Shown: positions 1 to 6,893 of the stretch, piece by piece
How positions within the stretch are numbered: position 1 is the first letter of the stretch
How the letters are laid out: each line of letters opens with the position of its first letter
Origin: Minisyncoccota bacterium
GTDB lineage: Bacteria; Patescibacteriota; Minisyncoccia; UBA6257; HR35
NCBI GenBank assembly: GCA_028276075.1
Contig: JAPYXA010000001.1
Location: 1-29,567 of the forward strand
Direction: 5' to 3'
Length of the DNA stretch: 29,567 nt
Notes under the pieces: model-generated
The model's input: only the letters and a program-made list of their open reading frames with translations
Told to the model about the DNA's origin: nothing
The model's database searches: none
Made by a program: the position numbers and the translations under genes

Positions 1-854
1 ATCATTCCTTTTGTCTCAAGAGCCCAACCAGGATTATCTGTTCCTATACCAATTTTAACAATCCCATCAAGGCCTTGTCTTATAGTCATAGCTGGGATAA
101 AATTAACTGCCCAACCGTCCTGGCCTTCAGAAGTATCAAGTTTTTTTGAAGTTGAAAAACCGAATATCATGCCACCTTCAACAGTTGGATCATCATCAAC
201 CTTTTCAATAATTAAAGCATCATTGTAAGGCCCATCTGGAAAATAATTAAGATGTCTTATTCTCAATCCTTCACTACCAAAAAATCCCACATATCTTTTA
301 GAAGCATCAGAACGATTAGGATAAACATTGACAATATCTCCTAATCTTACAGACCCTTTAAAGTAAGCATTTCCTGTAGAACCTTCAATCCAAACATCAG
401 CAGAAGATGTTGGAGATGAACCAAAGAATATTTTTCTTAAAGGATTGACACCTATAAAAAGATCCTTGTCTATTTCCTGAGAAAATATTCCTGGAACATT
501 AAAGACCCCTCCTATTCTTACTCTTCCCGCCCTTTCTGAATCTTCAAAATAGTTTCTATATGTTCCTGCTTCAAACACTCCTATTTGAGCAAATTTAACA
601 TTGCCTATAGAAACTGTTAATTTAGAATTAGGGTTATCATTTCCTATAGAGACCAAGGAATCTTTGAGATATATTCCAGTTGAAGTTGTCTGCCACAAAT
701 AAGAAACAAAACAATTAGTTTCTCCGGGTTTACAAACTGGATCTAATGTTTCTCCAGGATTATAAGGAGAATGTGGAGGCGCAGCGTTTGTCAAAGAATA
801 AAAAGTGAATAAGAAAGCGAAAAATAAAGTTCTTTTAATGAATCTCGATTTCAT
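1..854 (-). CDS. Secreted/surface protein with tail-fibre-like 'IGxxxP' motifs (5' part; runs off window edge)
   Basis: Not in the ORF track. ATG at 854, frame open to the window edge: MKSRFIKRTLFFAFLFTFYSLTNA (signal-peptide-like), then APPHSPYNPGETLDPVCKPGETNCFV, SIGNDNPNSKLTVSIG and KIGIGTDNPGWALETKG. Confidence 0.75.
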   Translation of the reverse strand, partial: MKSRFIKRTLFFAFLFTFYSLTNAAPPHSPYNPGETLDPVCKPGETNCFVSYLWQTTSTGIYLKDSLVSIGNDNPNSKLTVSIGNVKFAQIGVFEAGTYRNYFEDSERAGRVRIGGVFNVPGIFSQEIDKDLFIGVNPLRKIFFGSSPTSSADVWIEGSTGNAYFKGSVRLGDIVNVYPNRSDASKRYVGFFGSEGLRIRHLNYFPDGPYNDALIIEKVDDDPTVEGGMIFGFSTSKKLDTSEGQDGWAVNFIPAMTIRQGLDGIVKIGIGTDNPGWALETKGM

Positions 855-1025
855 TTTTTTAAAAAAAATTTATTAAACACATTCTTAATTATGCGACCAT
901 AAAAAATTAAAGTATTTAAATTTAAGATGTTATAATTTAAATTAAAAAAATATACCTTAATGTGCTTTATATAACTTTATCATAAAAATATATAAAAGTC
1001 AATAATAAAATTAAAATAAATAAAT

Positions 1026-1421
1026 ATGGAAATTCAAGTTCAAACTAATTCAAAAAGGCAAATAATAGATATAACTAATAAAATAGAAGATATAATCAAA
1101 AAAAATCAAAGAACTACTTCAGGAATTATTAATCTTTTTCTGCTTCACACGACCTGTGCATTAACAACTGCTGACCTAGATCCTGGCACAGATTTTGATT
1201 ATTTAGATATTTTAGAAAAGATTGTACCTAAATTGAATTTTAGGCACCCTCATAACCCTTCTCACTTACCAGATCATTTTCTTTCTCTACTTATAGGAAC
1301 ATCTTTGAACATACCTTTTGAAAATAAAAATCTCATATTAGGAAGCTGGCAAAGAATAATTTTAATAGAATTTAATGGTCCAAATACAAGAAAAATTAAA
1401 ATAACAATTTTAAATAAATAA
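1026..1421 (+). CDS. yjbQ: YjbQ/UPF0047 family protein (secondary thiamine-phosphate synthase-like)
   Basis: HTTCALT, 'PDHFLSLLIG' and 'LGSWQRIILIEFNGP' match the family motifs (HTTA, LGTWQ.I..E.DGP). Confidence 0.9.
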   Translation: MEIQVQTNSKRQIIDITNKIEDIIKKNQRTTSGIINLFLLHTTCALTTADLDPGTDFDYLDILEKIVPKLNFRHPHNPSHLPDHFLSLLIGTSLNIPFENKNLILGSWQRIILIEFNGPNTRKIKITILNK

Positions 1422-1547
1422 CTCTAATTTTTAATTTTTATTTTTTACTGTTTTAAGTTATAATATTACTAAATTATTAAATATTAAATTAAATAAGAAT
1501 AAATAAGAAAGTAAATAAAAGGCCGAAATTAAAAAAAATTTTTAAAA

Positions 1548-2090
1548 ATGAAAAAAATATCTTTATTAAAGGTCTTATTTATTAATCTTCTTTTTATTTT
1601 TGTTTTTGCCCAAGCTCAAATGTTTAAAAATCCTAACAGAAGCAGTGCTGCTCCTTCTTTTAATCCTGTACCCAGACAAAGACTTCAACAAAGATTATTA
1701 CAAACAGCAACAACAACAAACTCTGCAACAGCCACATTAAATTTTGCTACAACTAATTATCCAATAGTTAATTTAGAATGTATGAAAAATGCGATTTTAA
1801 ATAGAGAGGAAGCATTAAAATCAGCAAGAGAAACTCAATTTAATAAAGTAAATCAGGCCTATGAAGAAAGAAAAAATTCTCTTTTAAACGCTTGGACAAT
1901 TCAAAATCTTCAAGATAGACAAAAAGCTATTAAAGACTCATGGCTAAAATTTAAAACAACAGTAAATCAAGCAAAAGAAGAATATAGAAAAAAAAGAGTT
2001 GAAATTTGGCAAAATTTTATAAATGAAAGAAAAAAGTGTAAAGCATTACCCACCGGAGAAGATCCTAATAATGACATTTTAAATCTATAA
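1548..2090 (+). CDS. Secreted hypothetical protein with Thr-rich linker and Cys-bracketed helical domain
   Basis: Basic then hydrophobic N-terminus ending AQA; TATTTNSATAT linker; helical region between ECMK and RKKC. Confidence 0.75.
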   Translation: MKKISLLKVLFINLLFIFVFAQAQMFKNPNRSSAAPSFNPVPRQRLQQRLLQTATTTNSATATLNFATTNYPIVNLECMKNAILNREEALKSARETQFNKVNQAYEERKNSLLNAWTIQNLQDRQKAIKDSWLKFKTTVNQAKEEYRKKRVEIWQNFINERKKCKALPTGEDPNNDILNL

Positions 2091-2212
2091 CCCTATAATC
2101 CATAGAATAATAAAAATTTAAATTCAATAAAATAATAAACAGTATTTTAAATTTAAAATAAAATTTATTTATTTAAAATTACCTATAGAATTTAAAATTA
2201 GCAAAAAAAATA

Positions 2213-3007
2213 ATGAATTTTTTCCAATCTTTTTTATTGGGGGTAATAGAAGGTTTAACTGAATTTTTACCAATATCTTCAACGGCTCATTTAATTTTAA
2301 TATCAAAAATTCTAAAAATAGAATCAAATGACTTTCTTAAATTCTTTGAGATTTTCATTCAGTCTGGAGCAATTTTGGCTATTATAATTTTATACTTTAA
2401 GAAAATTTTTTCCCGTAAAAAAATAATTTTTTTCATTTTCACTTCTTTTATAGTCACATCGCTTATAGGTGTGTTGTTTTATAAAACCATAAAAAAGGAT
2501 TTATTTGAAAATCTAAAGTTAATTATTTTCAATCTTTGGTTTTTGGGAGTTGTATTTATCATTTTAGAAGAATTAATAAACAGAGGGAAAATTTATCTTA
2601 ATAAAACCTTACAAGATTTATCTATCAAAGAAGCTCTACTTATAGGATTATTTCAAGGATTATCAATAATGCCCGGCATCTCAAGAGCAGGATCAGTTAT
2701 TTTAGGGATGATGATCCTCGGGTACAAAAGAGAAGACTCGGTTACTTATTCATTTTTTATTTCTGTGCCAACAATAATATCTGCAGGTTTATTTGATTTT
2801 TATAAATCTGGGATAAACCAGGCTTTTTTATCAAGTCAAAATTTATTTTTTTTAATAACTGGGTTTTTAAGTGCTTTTTTGTCAGCTATTTTAGTTATAA
2901 ATTGGTTTATAAAATATCTCCAAAAAAACAATTTAAAAATTTTTGGTTATTATAGAATATTGTTTGCAATTTTTATATATTTTTATTTATTTTTTTATAA
3001 AAGTTAA
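2213..3007 (+). CDS. uppP: Undecaprenyl-diphosphate phosphatase
   Basis: EGLTEFLPISSTAH, IQSGAILA and PGISRAG motifs; multiple transmembrane segments. Confidence 0.95.
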   Translation: MNFFQSFLLGVIEGLTEFLPISSTAHLILISKILKIESNDFLKFFEIFIQSGAILAIIILYFKKIFSRKKIIFFIFTSFIVTSLIGVLFYKTIKKDLFENLKLIIFNLWFLGVVFIILEELINRGKIYLNKTLQDLSIKEALLIGLFQGLSIMPGISRAGSVILGMMILGYKREDSVTYSFFISVPTIISAGLFDFYKSGINQAFLSSQNLFFLITGFLSAFLSAILVINWFIKYLQKNNLKIFGYYRILFAIFIYFYLFFYKS

Positions 3008-3926
3008 AGCCATTTTTTAATTTTAAAAATAATAAACAAAATAATCATAGAAAAAATAGAAACTAAAATAACAAGAAAGTAGGCGAACGGATTATTCTCT
3101 AAAGGAAGTTTTAAGTTCATCCCAAAAAAGCTTGTAATCATTGTGGTACAGAAAGAAGTATCGTAAAAAATATTAAAATCTTTAAAACCTTATTTACAGT
3201 ATTTGTAAATATACTTTCATAACCTTCTCTAATGTTTGCAATATTTCTTATATTAGCGCTTGCTAGTTCTTCAAGCTGTTGAGCTTTTAAAAATAAATTT
3301 TCAATTAATTCTCTATCAGGACTAAAAAGCTTTAAATATTCTTGCTTTAATATACTATTAAATACTACTTTGGTTGCTAAAAAAGCGTCTAAGAAGTCAT
3401 TAAGAATAACTTCAAAACGAATAAATCTTTTTATTTCTTCGTCTTCAACTTTAGCTGTCTCAAAAGCTATTTTTCTTACTTCTTTATTAATTTTTAAAAT
3501 TAAACGATTGAACTGTTCGTATATTTCATAAAGAATTTGAATAAAAAGTCGTGTTTTTTGAGTTGTAACAATAGGCGTTTTATTCTCCAAAATAAATTTT
3601 TCCAAAAAATCAATTTTCGATTTTGAAAATATAAGAAAAAAATTTTCAGAAATAACAACAAGCAAAGTTGTAGTAAAAACATCTCTTAACCTAAAGACAG
3701 GGACTCTTAAGAATATATAAATTAATCCGTCTTCTTTCTCAATTCTGGGTATTTCATAAGGATCCATTCCGTCATTTATTAAAATATCATTCAATTTTAA
3801 ATTTTCTGTTAAAAATTTCAAGTCATCCTCTTCGGGTTCAAAACAAATTATTAAACACCCTTTTCTTAGTTTTTCAATTTTAGCTAAATTCAAATCTTGT
3901 ACAGATCTATAATATAAAGAAATCAT
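3004..3926 (-). pseudogene. corA: CorA-family Mg/Co transporter, split by a 1-nt deletion near 3141-3146
   Basis: Frame 1 ends LSVPQ* (TGA 3138-3140). The shifted frame continues TMITSFFGMNLKLP...IKKWL* (stop 3004-3006), carrying the GMN signature and TM2. Likely start MISLYY at 3926. Confidence 0.85.
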
Positions 3927-4202
3927 TTTTAAACAATTTTTAAATAAATTAAAACAATCTAACAATCCTTAATCAAAATTCAATCCTAACTTATTATATC
4001 CTAAAAAATAAATAATAGATAATTATATTATATTAACAAAGAGACTGATTTAAATTTGAGAATTTAGATAAAATTTCTTTTTTGTAATTGTTTATTCTCT
4101 CAAAAATTACTTCTTATATATTTAGCACATCTTTAATAAAAAAGTCAACAGCCTCGTTAGGATTGTTGTCAATCAAGTTGATAAAATTAATTAAATATAA
4201 TT

Positions 4203-4246
4203 TTTCTACTATTTTCTATTTACATTTCTACTATTTTCTATTTACA
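4203..4246. repeat. Perfect 22-bp tandem duplication over the permease stop codon
   Basis: TTTCTACTATTTTCTATTTACA at 4203-4224 and 4225-4246. Confidence 0.95.
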
Positions 4247-5010
4247 AAAAATAATGATATTAGAAAAAACAAGAAGCCGGATATTACAATCATAAGACCA
4301 GCCGGCAATTTTGTAAAGTTATAAATTAAAATTCCTGAGATTGCTGAAAGCATACCAAAAATTAAAGATCCCAAAGAATATTGATTAATATTTTTAGCAA
4401 TATTTTTTGCTGTTAAAGATGGAATAACCATTAAAGCAACCGGCAAAAGTCCTCCAACCAATTTTACTGTTAAAGCAACAATAAAAGCAATACAAGATAA
4501 ATAAATAAAATTATACTTTTCGACATTAATTCCTTCTGTCTTTGCCAAATCTTCAGAAATCTCAAATAAAAGTATTTTTGAATATATTCTTCTTATTATT
4601 AAAAAGACCAAAACAGATAAAACCACTGATAAAATTGTGTCAAAAAAACTAATTTTTGTAATATCTCCAACTAAAGCCTCCTCTAATTGATGTTCATCAG
4701 AAAAAGGTAATATTAAAAATCCCAAAGCAACACCAGTTGTAAAAACTAATCCAGTTAAAGCCTCTAAAGGAGACTTTGTCTTTATTTGTAAAAACAAAAT
4801 AAAAATCTCAGCTAAAATTATAGCTAATAAAGCTCCTAAAAAAACATTAAACTGATAAGCTAAAGCTAAACCAACTCCAGGTAAGGCTAAATGGCCCAAC
4901 GGTTCGCCAACCAAACCCATTCTTTTTGTAATCATTAAAGAACCCAAATATCCCGCTACCCCCCCAATAAAAATTCCTGAAATTAAACTTAAAGTAAATT
5001 GATCAATCAT
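4231..5010 (-). CDS. Metal (Zn/Mn) ABC transporter permease, ZnuB/MntB-like
   Basis: ABC-3 motifs GEPLGHLALPGVGL and ALVGDI. ATG at 5010 overlaps the ATPase stop by 8 nt and is preferred over the track start at 5043. Confidence 0.9.
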   Translation of the reverse strand: MIDQFTLSLISGIFIGGVAGYLGSLMITKRMGLVGEPLGHLALPGVGLALAYQFNVFLGALLAIILAEIFILFLQIKTKSPLEALTGLVFTTGVALGFLILPFSDEHQLEEALVGDITKISFFDTILSVVLSVLVFLIIRRIYSKILLFEISEDLAKTEGINVEKYNFIYLSCIAFIVALTVKLVGGLLPVALMVIPSLTAKNIAKNINQYSLGSLIFGMLSAISGILIYNFTKLPAGLMIVISGFLFFLISLFFVNRK

Positions 5011-5710
5011 GTTTATAATCATAAAAATTAATTTCTGCCCCATAAATTTTTTCTAAAGAGTCTGGAGTTAAAATTTCTTTAGGTTTCCCAAAACAACAAA
5101 AACCCTTTTTACTTAAACACAAAACATTTGTAGCATATTTATAAACAATGTTTAGCTCATGCGTAATTAAAAAAATAGTAATTCCTTTTTCTCTCCAAAA
5201 TTTTTCTAAAAGAGAATAGATTGTTTCCTCTCCTCCTATGTCAACACCCGTAGCTGGTTCATCAAAAAACAAAACCTCTGGTTCTTTAATAAGACTCCAA
5301 GCAATAAGCATTCTTTGAAATTGTCCTGAAGATAAATTAACAGGATTTTTGTTTAAAATTTCTTTTGGTTCAAGACCAACCGCTTCCAAAACATAGGAAA
5401 TTTTCTCTTCTGACTCCTCTTTAAATTTAAAAAAATCATTAATAGTAATTGGTAGATCATAAAACCTTTCTCGACTTAACCTTTCAGGCAAATAACTAAT
5501 CTTAGGTATTTTCCCCCTCTGCCAAATAACTTCACCACTTGAGGGAATTAAACCTAAAATAGCCTTAAAAAGAGTTGTTTTGCCCGAACCATTGGGTCCT
5601 AAAACAATTAAAAATTCTCCTTTTTCAACTTCAAAAGACAAATTTTTAATCACTTCTTCTTCCCCAAATTTAACACTTAAATTTTTAACCTCTAAAATTT
5701 TCTCTTTCAT
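5003..5710 (-). CDS. Metal ABC transporter ATP-binding protein, ZnuC-like
   Basis: Walker A GPNGSGKT, signature LSSGQFQR, Walker B FFDEP, H-loop ITHEL. Confidence 0.92.
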   Translation of the reverse strand: MKEKILEVKNLSVKFGEEEVIKNLSFEVEKGEFLIVLGPNGSGKTTLFKAILGLIPSSGEVIWQRGKIPKISYLPERLSRERFYDLPITINDFFKFKEESEEKISYVLEAVGLEPKEILNKNPVNLSSGQFQRMLIAWSLIKEPEVLFFDEPATGVDIGGEETIYSLLEKFWREKGITIFLITHELNIVYKYATNVLCLSKKGFCCFGKPKEILTPDSLEKIYGAEINFYDYKHD

Positions 5711-5859
5711 CTTAAAATTATATTACATTTAAGTTAGTGCTTCAATTAATTTCTCTTTTAAACTTTTTAGATAAGATTTTACTAACTGTCACCACCTCTT
5801 AATCTAGGTCAAATACAGAATAACCTCCACCACTAAAACTACAGGGTTTATCATTTAAA

Positions 5860-6002
5860 ATAAGAGACAAGACTATAACTTTTGAATATAGTCCTTGGTT
5901 TAAAATTTTAAAGAAACACTCCACACTGCTTACTTTGTTTGTACCATTGAAAGCATTATAAAACAAGCTTTTTAAGAAGTGAAATTAAAAATTAGGAATA
6001 CT
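5860..6002 (+). repeat. Junction J1: degenerate copy with a 91-bp internal deletion removing the core
   Basis: Matches J3 on the left (TTTGAATATAGTCCTTGG...AAGAAACACTC) and right (ACTGCTTACTTT...ATTAGGAATACT). The segment equivalent to 17539-17629 is missing, joined at a CTC microhomology. TGG is replaced by TAA in the frame. Confidence 0.85.
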
Positions 6003-6037
6003 TGTGATGTTTTAAACAAAGTATAACACTTTATTTT

Positions 6038-6265
6038 TTAATTTCTCAGTAATTTTAAAAATTCTTCTACTGATAAGCCTACTTGTTTAATAATGGCTTT
6101 TAGTGTGCCTTTCTTTAAATCTTTAGTATGATAAGGAATTGTAATACCGATGCTACCCTTAACATAAATTCTATGACTTCCTTTTTGTCTCACAAAAACA
6201 AAACCTAATTTTTCTAAAACTTTAATCACTTCCTTAGACTTTAAGGATGGCAGTTTCGGAGACAT
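6038..6265 (-). CDS. hicA: HicA-family mRNA interferase toxin
   Basis: LEKLGFVFVRQKGSHRIY motif; 'TIPYHTKDLKKGTLKAIIKQ'. Confidence 0.93.
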   Translation of the reverse strand: MSPKLPSLKSKEVIKVLEKLGFVFVRQKGSHRIYVKGSIGITIPYHTKDLKKGTLKAIIKQVGLSVEEFLKLLRN

Positions 6266-6514
6266 TTAAATTCTTACTTTAACAGGAGCGAGGATTATTT
6301 CCTCATCGTCTTTGATTTTCTCTTTATCTTTTTTCATAACTTCAAAATATAGAACTATAGCTTCTTTAATATTCTTTAAAGCTTCATCAAAAGTATCTCC
6401 TTCAGAAATACAACCAGGCAAAGAAGGCACAGTTACTGTATAGCCACCATCCTCATTTTTCTCAAAAACAGCTGTAAATTGATAGATTTTTTTCTTTAAA
6501 GATCTTTTAGCCAT
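6266..6514 (-). CDS. hicB: HicB-family antitoxin (short form, no evident DNA-binding domain)
   Basis: EDGGYTVTVPSLPGCISEGDTFDEALKNIKEAI; abuts the hicA start. Confidence 0.93.
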   Translation of the reverse strand: MAKRSLKKKIYQFTAVFEKNEDGGYTVTVPSLPGCISEGDTFDEALKNIKEAIVLYFEVMKKDKEKIKDDEEIILAPVKVRI

Positions 6515-6549
6515 TAGTAAAATTTGTTTGATTTGACCTCTTTTAAGAA

Positions 6550-6558
6550 ATTATAACA
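6550..6558 (-). promoter_or_regulatory. Extended -10 promoter (TGTTATAAT) for hicBA
   Basis: Perfect TGnTATAAT on the minus strand, 35 nt upstream of the hicB ATG. Confidence 0.6.
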
Positions 6559-6574
6559 TAACCAAAAATAAACT

Positions 6575-6688
6575 GCTAATTTTGAGAAAATTCATTCTGA
6601 AATGCTCCGCACTGCTTACTTTATTCGAACCATTGAAAACATTATAAAACAAACTCCTTGGGAAGTAAAATTGAAAATTAGAAATACT
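6575..6688 (+). repeat. Junction J2 (attP-like): 32-bp core 6578-6609 plus 79-bp right arm
   Basis: AATTTTGAGAAAATTCATTCTGAAATGCTCCG is identical to 17600-17631 and 18322-18353. Arm 6610-6688 differs from 17632-17710 at 8 of 79 positions. Confidence 0.95.
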
Positions 6689-6741
6689 TGGGAGGTTTTG
6701 AGTGTTATATAATTAAAAAAAACAACTATTTTACAACTATT

Positions 6742-6893
6742 ATGCCTAATCCAAATATAAAACCAAGGTGGAAGAAAGGAGAATCAGGAAACCTGCTAGA
6801 AGACCGAAAGAATCAAGGAATTATAAGACTTTATTCCGTGAAGCATATGTGGCTATTGCAAGGGATTTAAGATTAGGAAAAGACCCAGATGTT
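6742..6893 (+). pseudogene. Frameshifted, truncated DUF5681-like (GxSGNPxGRP) phage-type gene relic
   Basis: Restoring one C at AAC CTG gives MPNPNIKPRWKKGESGNPARRPKESRNYKTLFREAYVAIARDLRLGKDPDVL, cut off at the stop of the 1155-aa gene. Confidence 0.7.

Noticed and set aside
2143-2160. 18-bp perfect palindrome TATTTTAAATTTAAAATA
   Set aside because: A/T only in a very AT-rich intergenic region; cannot be distinguished from chance.
3138-3140. TGA read-through / genetic code 25 as explanation for the corA stop
   Set aside because: Reading through gives no GMN, which lies in another frame. Long ORFs elsewhere are intact in code 11, and TGA serves as a real stop (5003-5005).
3500-4324. ORFs 3500-3682 (-) and 4088-4324 (+)
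   Set aside because: Out-of-frame or antisense overlaps with corA and the permease; low-complexity sequence.
6548-6575. Possible Xer dif site (TTATGTTATAA resembles the XerD arm)
   Set aside because: No XerC-like arm at 6-bp spacing; better explained as an extended -10 promoter.
6688-6870. 60-aa plus-strand ORF from the track
   Set aside because: Chimeric frame: starts in the junction arm and follows the frameshifted DUF5681 relic.
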